From contig OX597836.1 of assembly GCA_951406725.2 (NCBI GenBank), positions 38,626,001-38,690,000 on the forward strand: DNA of 64,000 nucleotides. The letters are read 5' to 3'. The stretch comes from Octopus vulgaris (Eukaryota). Shown here one piece after another: positions 52,621 through 64,000 of the stretch (position 1 is its first letter; each line of letters opens with the position of its first letter). The notes under the pieces are model-generated. The model saw nothing but the letters and a program-made list of their open reading frames with translations, was not told the origin of the DNA and made no database searches. The position numbers and the translations under genes were made by a program.

Positions 52621-53069
52621 TGTAGTGACGCCATCTTGGAAATCTCCAGCATGCATGCGCAGAGTTGGATTCTTCTGGGAGGTCTGTTGGAAGTTCTCTC
52701 ATGCACGTTCGCAGAAAACTAGCAGCAGCGAAATTCCCTCGTATTGCTCTCTCAAACGCTGGCAGCTGAACAAGACAGTCGTGTTTTATTAGCTCTCTCA
52801 AGCTGCTACCTTGTGGTGTATCTCCGCTATGCTTGAACGGACAGGATTTGGCTCACTCCACTTGACTACTGCAATAAGCTCCTAGGCTGCCGATTCGCCC
52901 AGAAAGAGGAAAATGTATATATTGCAAATCAAGAAATATTTATACCGTTGAAGTTAATCAGAAGTCTTGACACTTTCCTTCAATTAATATTTTAATGTAA
53001 AGGATGCGAGCTGAACCCATTCAGTGCGGGGACCCCTCATCTTGTTACAGTTGGTGACCCCAACGTGAT
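52621..53069 (+). mobile_element. LTR-retrotransposon 5' LTR remnant (Gypsy-like) with a tRNA-Trp primer-binding site
   Basis: TGTAGTG...TGTTACA (52621-53049; 5' boundary less certain), then TGGTGACCCCAACGTGAT at 53052-53069, a 17/18 match to the complement of the metazoan tRNA-Trp 3' end. Confidence 0.7.
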
Positions 53070-53202
53070 GGGTGCAGCTCGCATCCTTTACATTAAAATC
53101 CTTTGCTTGAAAATCCTAGCATCTTGAATTTTGTCACTGAAACATTTACAGGCATAGCCAAATATACCAATCAAAATTGGCAGTCATATAAACATATAAA
53201 GA

Positions 53203-53525
53203 TTTTGTTGTGTCTAGGAAGAGCCATAACGCCAATATAATTAACACACACACTGGTTTATTATTAGTCAACTGGTTAAATACCCAATTGATTTGGTTTT
53301 GTTTGTCAAAGCTCTTTTGTTGCTTCTTACAGTCTTTTCAAGGATAACAGACTAAGTCAATAAGTCATTGAAAAGGTTGCCAGAAACAATGAAAGAACTT
53401 TGACAAGCAAACACAAAACAATCAGATATTTAACCAATTGACTAATAATAAATGAATGGAACTGAACCAGTGTGTATGTGTTAACTATATTGGCATAATG
53501 TTTCTCCCTAGACACAAAAAAATTT
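53203..53525. mobile_element. Old fold-back (long inverted repeat) element
   Basis: Imperfect arms ~53203-53345 and ~53368-53525, e.g. TTATTATTAGTCAACTGGTTAAATA vs TATTTAACCAATTGACTAATAATAA, and TGTGTCTAGG vs CCTAGACACA. Confidence 0.7.
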
Positions 53526-53599
53526 GTTTCAACACACAAATTCAAATAAAGAATCTTACAAACCAGACACAAAAACAAAGCAAACATATAAACAGTTTG

Positions 53600-53975
53600 T
53601 CTTTTATCTCTATTACTTATTTCAGTCATTAGACTGTGGCCATGCTGGGGCACTGCCTTGAAGGGTTTTACGCAATTGAATTGACCCGTGCTAAGTTAAT
53701 TTTTTAAGCTTGGTACTAATTCTACCTGTCTCTTATGCTGAACTGCTAAGTTACTGAGACAAACAAATCAACACCAGTTATCAAGCAATGGAGGAGAACA
53801 AAGATACACACACACACACACACAGAGGCTTCTTTCAGTTTCCATCAACCAAATCCTTTTGCAAAGCTTATGTCAGCCCAGGGCTATAGTAGAAGACATT
53901 TGCCCAAGGTGTCACACAATGGGACTGAACCCAGGACCATATAGTTGAGAAGCAAACTTCTTAAACCTCACAGCC
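53600..53975 (-). mobile_element. Family B SINE
   Basis: Family B motifs on the minus strand. Confidence 0.8.
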
Positions 53976-54493
53976 ATAATAGATATTCTCCTTTTCGATT
54001 TTATAAGCAAATTCATATTTGCCGAGGTTGGTTGATCTTTATGACCGTTTATGATTTTCCTTCCCTGACATAAAGACATATTTCAGACATGTGACATTTG
54101 TACATGTCAGAAGCTTTGGTAGGAATGTTCCTTCTATAGTTCCTGTATTCATATATATGCATTCAATCACAGAAGCATCAACCCAGGACGGTCTTTCCTA
54201 ACTGTTGGCATTGTTTATTCTTTCAGCAGCATTATGTTGCAATGGAAAATAATACTTTATGCACTCATATTTGTGCGTGGGTGGTTGTAGATGAACATAT
54301 AGTTATTCCAAAAATGGAAGTAAAACCTATTATTGAGAGACTGCAAAATAATCTTAACGAAGACCAAAAGTTTTAGTACGTAGGAAAGAAGACTGAACCT
54401 TGATATCATCACTTAAAAAGGTTGCTCATTTGCAAAGAAAGAATAGGTGAAAATTAATGATGAACTCATTGTAACTAATAGATGCATATTTAA

Positions 54494-54713
54494 CCCTTTA
54501 GTGTTCACATTATTCCGCCAAAATTAATGCTTAATTATCCTTGTTGTTTTGAACTAATCATGCCTTATCTTGTAGCTATGAGATTATGATGAGGTAGCTG
54601 TTAATTTTTAAAACGATATTGTAGGTTGGTGTGAGAGACCAGATCTGGCCAGTTTGAACATAAAACAGGCAGAATACTTTTGGCCGGATATAGCTGGTTT
54701 AAATGCTAAAGGG
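54494..54713. mobile_element. piggyBac-like MITE
   Basis: TTAA|CCCTTTAG...CTAAAGGG|TTAA with an intact TTAA TSD. Confidence 0.88.
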
Positions 54714-54774
54714 TTAATGTAAAGGAACAATAACCAGTAAGGCAACGCTGAACTTGTAAGATATTTCTGAAATA

Positions 54775-55936
54775 TTAGGTTGCTCAAAAAATACCGTCCG
54801 ATTTTTTGAAACCATTTTTTTTCAAATTTGATGAAAGATGTTATTTTTGCAGTGTTTTAGACGGAATTTTACATGCTTAATAATTGATGCATACTTTTTA
54901 ATAAATGTTTATTGATTTCTTTCAGAATATAATTTTGAAGCATAGAAATCCTCAATTTCAAACATGGAAAACAGGAAAAAATGTGTTTGTTTTTTGCATG
55001 AATTCAAGCTTGGATATAATGCTTCCCAAATAACGGCCAATATCAACAGAGCATGGGTGTGAAAGGTCCACTAGTGATCGGACAGTAAAATGGTGGTTTG
55101 AGAGATTCTGTAGTGAGGATGAGAGCCTTGAAGATCAAAAAGGTAGAGGATGTCCAGTCGCCCTTGATTATCAGCATTTGAAAACAATACAGCTTTCTGG
55201 AACCTAACCAGAGTATTACATTAGAAGTTTATTGTAAGCAACTGAAAGAAATGCATGTTCACTTGAGCCCAAGGTGTCATGCAGTGGGATTGAACCCAGG
55301 ACCATATAGTTGGGAAGCAAACTTCTTAACTTCACAGCCACAATAGATATTCTCCTTTTCGATTTTATAAGCAAATTCATATTGCAGAGGTTGGCTGATC
55401 TTTATGACTGTCTATGATTTTCTTTCTCTGACATAAAGACATATTTCAGACATGTGACATTTGTACATGTTAGAAGTTTTGATAGGAATGTTCCTTCTAT
55501 ATTTCCTGTATTCATATATATGCATTCAGTCACAGAAGCATCAACCCAGGACTTGTCAATCGATGTGGTCCAATTCTGCTTCATGACAACACTTGACTGC
55601 ACTTTCCAGGATAACACTGCAGAAGCTCACAGACTAAGGATACAAGACTTTACTACATCTTCTATATTCTCCTGATCTTTCACCCACCAACTACCACTTT
55701 TTTTAAGGCAAAAATCCTCTGTTCCAAAACCAAGGTCGAAACTGAATTCAAGGATTTCTTGGCATCAAAGCCTTTGTATTTTTTATCAAAGGGGCATATA
55801 CGACCTTGTTAATTGAACGGAGAAATGCATAACTGTTCAGGAATTATATTTTGAGCAATTAAAATTTGTATAAAGTTCAGTTTTCAAAAATATAGGTGTA
55901 TTTTTAAAATCAGCTATTATTTTCCAAAGCACTTAA
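54775..55936 (+). mobile_element. Mariner (Hsmar1-like) element, internally deleted, with a captured 286-bp insert
   Basis: TA|TTAGGTTG...CACTTAA|TA; pseudo-transposase LHEFKLGYNASQITANINRAW...SDRTVKWWFERFCSEDESLED..GRG, and LVNRCGPILLHDN...YSPDLSPTNYHFF. Confidence 0.92.
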
Positions 55937-56178
55937 TACGCCTATTGTCAGAATGATTTAAAGATAAATGTGTAAATTATCATTTCGGATCTCACTGTAC
56001 AGAGCCAATAATGATTTTTTTTATCTGGTGGCAGACATAAGCACTGATCAGCAAACAGCTTTGTTCACTGAAACTATAAACAAAGACAGTAGCTTGTTTT
56101 GGCTCAAAGGTCTAGGTGTTCCTGGCTTATGATGTACAATATGTCAAAACACTGGTGTCCTAGAATCCCTTGGGTTAA

Positions 56179-56938
56179 CCCCTTACCCAACAATTATTTT
56201 GAAAATAAATGTATTTTTTCAGACATATTTTTTAATTGTTTTATTTTACTATGTTTTGAATGGTGATTTCGAGGTATATTTCAAACCTTATTTATTATGA
56301 ATTTTAATTCAATAATATTGATTTTAAATTACCGCTTTGGGCAGAAACGAGTTAACCCGTTTTTTTCATAAATCATATTACTTTTACAAAAAATCATGTT
56401 ATTTTATTTGGTTATCTTATTTTCCAAATTTAGAATGAATGATCAAAACATGATTGTTTACTTCTGTTGATTTTATTACTTCAAAACTGTTAGTAATGAC
56501 AAAAAATAAAACTCTTCTGACGAACTTTCACTCTCATCAGATGTATCCAACCCTCCAAGAGAAGCTTCATAATCGCTATCATCATCAGAGCTCGACATGG
56601 TGGGGTTATAATATAAAGGTATAAAAAAAACAACATAAAAACAAAGTGAATATTTCTATTCATAAAATGTGCCTTCCAACCCTTCGACTGTCTCCAGGTG
56701 ACTAAATCATACTCGGTCTTCAATGCCTTACTCAAGCGAAAGGTGGCAGAAATCGTCACTGCCAGACGTATAAAGTGAGCGAATATACTCGTATATGTCA
56801 AAAAAGAGTTAATAATAGACAAAGGAACTCGTTTGCTGTCGATTTTGGCGAGTCTATCTTTTGACGAGTTAACTCGCCAGAGATAGAAAAAAACGATTTC
56901 GGTCAAAACGCATATATTCATTTCTGCCGGGTAAGGGG
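56179..56938 (-). mobile_element. piggyBac internal-deletion derivative
   Basis: TTAA|CCCCTTACCC...GGGTAAGGGG|TTAA; on - from 56598 MSSSDDDSDYEASLGGLDTSDESESSSEE, like an acidic piggyBac transposase N-terminus. Confidence 0.85.
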
Positions 56939-57203
56939 TTAATAAGCTAAATGTGTTATGAACACAGTCATCATGAAAGGGAGAAGTTGTCCTCTAGTAA
57001 TGTACTTAACAGCGACTAGCTGAAACATAAAGAATAAATTGCAAATCATTATTTCAGATCTCACTATACACAGTGAAAATAATGATTTTTCAAAACTATA
57101 GCTCTGATGTCTATAATCTAAAAATGAACTAAAAGAAATTATTTAAAGAATTCGTATAAAGCAAAACATCCAAAAACTGACCGGTATAAACCAGTAAGTA
57201 AAT

Positions 57204-57484
57204 CATCATCATCATCATCGTTTAAAGTCCATTTTCCGTGCTAGCACGGGTTGGACGGTTCGACCAGGGTCTGGGAAGCCAGGAGGCTGCACCAGGCTCC
57301 AGTCTGATTTGGCAGTGTTTCTACAGCTGGATGCTCTTCCTAACGCCAACCACTCCGTGAGTGTAGTGGGTGCTTTTTACATGCCAGAGGCGGCTGGCAG
57401 CGGCCACGATCGGTTGGTGCTTTTTACGTGCCGCCGGCACAGAAGCCAAGTCAGTGGCACGTAAAAAGCACCAACCGATCATGG
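57204..57484 (-). mobile_element. Family D element with 5' inversion
   Basis: TSD CCAGTAAGTAAAT at 57191-57203 and 57485-57497; 57456-57486 is an inverted copy of 57401-57432. Confidence 0.9.
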
Positions 57485-58069
57485 CCAGTAAGTAAATACA
57501 TGGTAAATATAAAATATCTATGTAGCACACAAATAAGAATACAAATATATTTGTTAAGCAAAGTACTAGAATGACTTAGTTATCTAGCTTCAGCTTCAAG
57601 AACGGTTATATAAGATGTAAAGAGGATGGGAAAACAAGAGACAGACAGATGGGAAAGCTGTTAGACATAAGAATAGAGAGAAGGATGAAGAGAGAAAAGA
57701 GCAGAGACGAGGAGAATTCCATATCTGAACTTCAAACTGAAAGACAAGAAGTTTATAGAAATACTATTGTGTTTCTATACACAGTAAGTAGATAGTGAGC
57801 GTATAAGAGGTGAGGTGCCCTATCAGACAGACATACAATGTAGATCATTGATTATATTAATATAATACACTCAACTACAAAGGATGTACATTACTTGAAG
57901 ATGTAGGTAAGTTCAGTTATTTAATCAGTGTTAATATAGGCAATCACTGAAGATGTTGGTACAAGAAGTCTTTATCATATTTAATATACACGTTTTGTGC
58001 TGTAGTAGTTTAAATTGATAAAGTATGGGGGAATACTTATAATTTCTCTTGTTATCAACAAAATGGTGC

Positions 58070-58179
58070 TGTGTGTGTGTGTGTGTGTGTGTAGAAATAG
58101 TAGCATGCAAGAAGAATGAGTAGTATGTGTGTGTGTGTATATATATTTGTGTGTGTGCATGTGTGTGTATATATATATA

Positions 58180-58210
<31 letters not shown>

Positions 58211-58787
58211 GTGTGTGTGTTTGTGTGTGCATATATATATGTGTGTGTGTGTGTGTATATATATATATGTGTGTGCATGTATATATATATATGTGTGTGT
58301 GTGTATATATATATGTATGTGTGTGTGTGTGTGCGTGTATATATAAATATATATATGTGTGTGTGTGCGTATATATATATATATATATAGAACTGATGGG
58401 TAGCTGTGCACACACACACACATAAATGGTGGCTCTGTTTGTATGGAATGGAATTTGTGGTTATGTGTATATATATCTGTGTAGAAATGATGGTTGTGTG
58501 TGCACATAGAAATGGTGGCTATGTGCGTGCATATGTTTAGAAATGTGTGCGTATGTGTGTGTGTGTAATAAAACGGTGAGAGCATATAAATAAATTGTCA
58601 CAGGGTATGTATAAATGGTGATTAAAGGATTAATCAATGACATGATAAACTGAAACAAATGAGTTTACTCTGTGATTCATAATGATAGGCAGACTTCAAA
58701 TAATGTGTGCATGTGTTTGAGAGAGAGAGACACACAGAGGTAGAGAGAGAGAGACAGAGGTAGAGAGAGAGACACAGAGACACAGAG

Positions 58788-58838
<51 letters not shown>

Positions 58839-58845
58839 GGGAAAG
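58070..58845. repeat. (TG)n/(TA)n and (GA)n compound microsatellites
   Basis: Directly visible. Confidence 0.93.
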
Positions 58846-58849
58846 TCAT

Positions 58850-60150
58850 GATTCAGGAAATGTGAACAAGACATTTGATTGGATATAAAGACGATGATGT
58901 CAGCAAATGATTTAACAACAAGGAAACTGGAAAAAAAAATTGACCAATGGAAAACGATGATTGAATTAAATTTACAAATTTTTTCAATAACAGTAAATAA
59001 TACAATGGTTTGGTACAAGTTGGATGTAGGAATCGGTCTGGATGCTCAATATCAGTCACATGGTTTATACTTAGAATAGAAGTCTTTGTATGAGGCACAG
59101 TGGTTCACAAGACTGAAAGGTTTTATTGGCAATATATTTTGATATCAACAACTGCAGTGTGGAAGGTGTTTATAAGCCATTTAAGAAACACACAAAACTG
59201 TTAGATTCATTTCAACATTTAAATTTAATTTGTCAAAATATTTTCTTCGCTTTGAGACCGCGACCTGTTCACTGACAAAACTTCGTGCTGCACGAATGTT
59301 GAAATGAATCTAACAGTTTTGTGTGTTTCTTAAATGGCTTATAAACACCTTCTACGCTGCAATTGTTTTCGTTCCAGCACATGTTCTCAGATCAAGTCAC
59401 TCGCTATGCAAGTACATCTCCGTAATATTTTGATATATCATCTATAAAAGTAAATGCTGGCAGAAGGCAAAAACTAGTGATGAGAATTCAGTACAGGTTA
59501 GATGAGTTCTGGTCACTTTGTCAAAGATGTGTTTCAAAGCACAAATAAAGAAAGAAATCTCCTCAAAGAGAGACAGAAAGAAGTGAAGTATGAAATTGCA
59601 GGAGGAATCATGCCTGTGATAAGTTGAAGAATCTATGGGAAGCCTGTTTTATAGGTTACTTAATGATACAAGTAAGAAGGGGTCAAACCCCTCCAAAATG
59701 ATGAAGAATTGACAAAATATTGCTCCCAGACAAATTCAAGTTCTGGTATATGCAGTTTGAACAGTAGCTCAGAAGGCACCTGGTTAAGTGGCTAGGGTAT
59801 TTGGTTTACAATCATAAGGTCAACATACTGAAGAGATCCAACTGGATCTAAACAGTAGCTTTATAGTTGCAGGTATGGGTGTGTGGTGTGTGATTAAAAA
59901 GCTTGCTTTGCAACCACATGGTCTCTGGTTCAGTCCCACTGCATGGCTCCTAGGCAAGTGTCTTGTGATATAGCCTCTGACTGACCAAAGTCTTGTGAGT
60001 GAATTTCATAGATGGCAACTGTGTGAAACCTGTCATGTGTGTGTGTGTGTGTGTAAATCCCAAAAATGGAATAAGAATGCAAAGGATGACAATAAAGCCT
60101 CCAGACAGATAGACAATGTGAAGACAGGCAGGAAAAACAATAAAAAGGCG
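58850..60150 (+). pseudogene. Decayed non-LTR RT region resembling R2/NeSL/R4-type elements, interrupted by later insertions
   Basis: WYKLDVGIG[fs]GCSISVTWFILRIE, RLDE...KMCFK, VKYEIAGGIMPVI, RIDKILLPDKFKFWYMQF, NVKTGRK appear in the expected order. Confidence 0.65.
59146..59424. mobile_element. Penelope-like fold-back insertion
   Basis: 67-bp inverted arms 59153-59219 and 59295-59361; candidate TSD ATATTTTGATAT at 59134-59145 and 59425-59436. Confidence 0.7.
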
Positions 60151-60516
60151 GACAAGAAAGTACAAGGACAGGTCATTCGCAAGTTCCTTTCATCAGTCAA
60201 GTTACCAAATTATTCTTACAGTTTCAGACAGTTACACTTGAGACTGTTCAAATCTGGCTGCCCCCAAAAATCTAAGCTAAGAGCTTTCAATTTTTGGGGA
60301 GAAAGCAAGCAAATATGTATGGCAATAAAGACAGAAAATGGAGAACTTGTTACACAATTACAAATACAAGCAAGAAAATAACAACAGGTGTCTTTCAACT
60401 AATAAAGATGAATCGAGTTGAGCTGCATGCCTAAAGTGAAGGCCTTGAGGCAGGAACATAAGAGATGAAAGTCAAGAGACAGGAATATCAGAGATGCTTC
60501 ATATATATGTGTGTGT

Positions 60517-60824
60517 GTGGCGGTGCAATGGCCCAGTGGTTAGGGTAGCGGACTCGCAGTCATAGGATTGTGGTTTCAATTCCCAGACCGGGCATTGTGA
60601 GTGTTTATTGAGCGAAAAAACCTAAAGCTCCATGAGGCTCCGGCAGGGAGTGGTGGCGACCCCTGCCATACTCTTTCGCCATAACTTGCTCTCACTCTTT
60701 CTTCCGTTGGCCTGCTCGCTTAGCAAACGGGGTGGTGTCATTTGAAGGCTTAAACAATGCAAAGCGCATTGTGACCAGTGATGTGTAGCAACATCTGATA
60801 GTCTGGTAGGTCACAGTGATCACG

Positions 60825-60828
<4 letters not shown>
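60517..60828 (+). mobile_element. Family C SINE with a variant 3' half
   Basis: Family C head; 3' part differs from the 21450 copy. Confidence 0.82.
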
Positions 60829-60878
<50 letters not shown>

Positions 60879-61647
60879 TAGATATATATATATATGCAAG
60901 AGAATGTATACCAAACATATCATTGGAAATGGCTAGAATTAGAATGTCTTCTTTTAATGACTGACAGATGCTTACATATAACTACAGTCAGAATTGTAAG
61001 GCAAGAGACTGCATTTGTTATATTAACAGGGATACAAAAACAGTTTGATTGCTCTGAATAACATTTCCACACGTAAAATGCAAATTAAGTTTACAACAAT
61101 TTCTCTCTCCCTTACACTACTAATGGACTGTAAACGAGAATGCTTTTATCCTAAAGAAATGCTTTCATTAAACACCTCCCTATCATTCTTTCTCCTTCTG
61201 TAAAGTAAATAATTTAATTCAATGCAATGTTTAATAGACCCTAGATTCCTAATTCTATTATACTGGACTTTGCACACCAAGCCACTTGGCTGTTGAACAT
61301 TTGTTTATTATCACCATTTCTTTTTAACATCCACTTTTCCAGGTTTCCACAGCCAAGTGGCTTGGTGTGCCAAGTCCAGTATAATAGAATTAGGAATCTA
61401 GGGTTGGATGGAGTTCAGTAAGAGAGATGTTCTGTAGTCCAATGCCCTTTGTACTGCCAACCATTACTTGTTTCTGACCAAGGTAATATTTTCCCATGGC
61501 TCTACGTATTTTTGCAGAATACTGGAAATGACATCTGTTTACCTCAGTCATGCAATGTCAAGACAAGTAGACACAAGCATGCACACACATATAAAGAGAC
61601 ACATCATCATCATCATCATCATTTGATGTCCTCTTTCCGTGCTAGCA

Positions 61648-62335
61648 TGAGGACAACAACAACGATGACAACACCGATGATGACAATGATGAAGACGATG
61701 TTGAGAATGATGACGATGACGACAGTGATGATGACAATGATGATGATGAGGAGGAGGATGAAGATGATAAAGATGAAGATGATGAAGATGACAACACCAA
61801 TGATGACAAAGACGAAGACGATGTTGAGAATGATGATGGTGATGATGACGACAGTGGTGATGATGACGACAGTGATGATGACAATGATGATGATGAGGAG
61901 GATGAAGATGATGATGAAGATGAGGATAATGAAGATGAGGACTGAAACATTTTATTCATTATCCCTTTCTTTTAGTTCTTAATTATGTAGCACATGATCA
62001 ACAATAGATGAGGATGAAGAAGATGAGAATGATGATGAAGATGGAGATGAGGATTATGAAAATGAAGATGAGGATTATGAAGATGATGATGAAGATGAGG
62101 ATGATGAAGATGACGAAAATGATGATGAAGAAGATGAAGATGATGAAGATGATGATGAAGATTATGAAAATGAGGATGATGAAGATGAGGATGAAGATGA
62201 GGATGATAAAGATTATGAAAATGAGGATGATGAAGATGATGAAGATGAAGATGATGAAAATGATGATGAAGAAGATGAAGAGGAGGACGATGATGATAAG
62301 GATAATGATGACGATAATGACAATGATGATGATGA
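61648..62335. repeat. Two degenerate (GAT/GAA/GAC)n trinucleotide tracts
   Basis: 61648-61942 and 62006-62335; they explain the poly-M, poly-H and poly-S ORFs. Confidence 0.93.
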
Positions 62336-63129
62336 CATTCCACTCCTAAGGCTATGACAGAAAACTAGAAGACACTTGCTTCAAAGTGTTGAGCAGTGGA
62401 ACTGCCTTTGGAGTCATACATTTGTGAAGCAAACCTTAACTACACAGCTATGTCTGTATCCATGGTTACGTGTTCATTTGTCTTTTGTACTCAGACAAGT
62501 GACAAGAGAATTTCTAGGAAGTCAGAAATACAAAATCTCCATTAACATAAAGTAACAATATCGAAACACAACCAAAACATATTTTCTTTTCAGGCGATAC
62601 ATCAGGAGATAACGGTTCAAAGTACTAAAATTTATTATCTCAAAACAGCTACTAATTACCAGTTACTTGAACAGTAATATAAATTCTCATTTAATTAATT
62701 ATTTGCTATTCATCAGCATCATTAAAATTTTTTATGTTAGTGTAGGTTGGACAGTGCTGCAAATCTCCGTGTAATCCAGTTCTTTGTTTAAGCAGAGTTC
62801 TCTTCAAATTGTTCAAACTACAGAACAATTTTCTGAAGCTGAGGTTAAAAATCTATAATCACACCAGAACACATCACATCCAATTTGCAGCAATTATTCT
62901 CTGCATAATCACATCAGCTCAGCATTCCTATGTATAAAACAATTCCTACTAACAATTTGTGAGGCCCTCTCAATGACCACTTACAATGACTCTCTCATTC
63001 TACCAGCTAAAAATTAAAAAAACTTATATCCCTCAACGAGGAAGGACTCACTGGATACTGTAGTCCTGTATAGACAATGCCTGAATAAACGACAGGACAG
63101 TTACAGCTGATAATATTAACCAGATGACA

Positions 63130-63562
63130 GAGTGGTGAGCTGGCAGAATTGTTAAGCATACCAAGCAAAATGCATAATAGTATTTCAACCATTTTTACAT
63201 TCTGAGTTCAAATTGCACCAGGGTCAACTGTGCCTTTCATCCTTTCAGGGTCGATAAAATAAGTGAACACTGGGTTTGATGTCATCGACTAACCCCCTCC
63301 TACAAAACAACTGGCTTATTGAAACCAATATCAATCCGATGGAAGAAGGTGACAAGCTGGCAGAATCACTATCATACTAGAAAAAAGCTTAGCAGCATTT
63401 CTTCCAATTTTAAGTTCCGAGTTCAAATGCCGTGAGGGGTCGACTTTGCCTTTCATCCTTTCAGGGTCAATAAATAAGTATCAGTTGAGCATTGGGGCTG
63501 ATGTAATCAACTTACTCCTTTCCCTGAAATTACTGGCCTTGTACCAAAATTTGAAACCAGTA
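63130..63562 (+). mobile_element. Two decayed family A SINEs
   Basis: GAGCTGGCAGAAT...GAGTTCAAAT...GCCTTTCATCCTTTCAGGGTC occurs twice. Confidence 0.8.
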
Positions 63563-63602
63563 TTAATCAGATGATGTGCTCAATACTGTAGAGCAGCAAC
63601 AA

Positions 63603-64000
63603 GTGGAGGCGCAATGTCCCAGTGGTTAGGGCAGTGGACCCGCGGTTGGAGGATCGCGGTTTCAATTCCCAGACCGGGCATTGTGTGTGTGTTTATTGAG
63701 CGAAAACACCTAAAGCTCCATGAGGCTCTGGCAGGAGGTGGTGGTGACCCCTGTTGTACTCTTTCACCCCAACTTTCTCTCACTCTTTCTTCCTGTTTCT
63801 TGTCCCTGACTTCCTACGCAACCACTGATCCTGGATGTGCATTCATCCATCTGTCGATGCTCTCGGTGTCGGGGATTGACCTGCTTTCTCTTCTGCGGGT
63901 CTTACGAATAACAAAGGACCACGTTTCACACTACTCCCACTATGGAACGAAGACCGCTTCGCTCAACAAACAAACAAGCAGCAACAGGTAAACACGTAAG
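63603..64000 (+). mobile_element. Family C SINE with a third 3' variant
   Basis: GTGGAGGCGCAATGTCCCAGTGGTTAGGGCAG...GGTTTCAATTCCC; 3' half unlike the other copies. Confidence 0.82.

Noticed and set aside
56505-56545. CTGATGAGAGTGAAAG...GTC on the minus strand, resembling a hammerhead
   Set aside because: There is no stem II; the sequence is explained as codons SDESESSSEE in the piggyBac remnant.

Overview
AT-rich, repeat-dominated animal DNA. The SINE families, (TA)n/(CA)n/(GAT)n microsatellites and Penelope-like fold-backs suggest a coleoid cephalopod such as Octopus (inference). I could not support any intact host protein-coding exon: nearly all listed ORFs derive from SINEs, microsatellites or decayed transposons. 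The window holds four SINE-like families (many with target-site duplications, TSDs), RTE and R2/NeSL-like LINE fragments, mariner, pogo/Tigger-like, hAT and piggyBac derivatives, a non-autonomous Helitron, a solo-LTR-like element with a tRNA-Trp primer-binding site, and a 12 x 130-bp array grown inside a SINE. The strongest candidate for an undescribed system is 51821-52400: a non-coding insertion flanked by a 12-bp TSD, made of a 30-nt inverted 5' piece plus ~1.55 head-to-tail copies of a self-complementary 353-nt monomer. The monomer carries a minimal type-I hammerhead ribozyme, the architecture expected of a retrozyme (a reverse-transcribed circular RNA). A weaker signal is decayed coding-like sequence between the SINEs (about 1-13 kb, 34.5-35.5 kb, 54 kb), including a possible degenerate SF3/D5-like helicase that could be a fossil DNA virus or Polinton. 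Several local templated-insertion and fold-back scars are also visible. Coordinates were read by eye; degenerate element boundaries are approximate.
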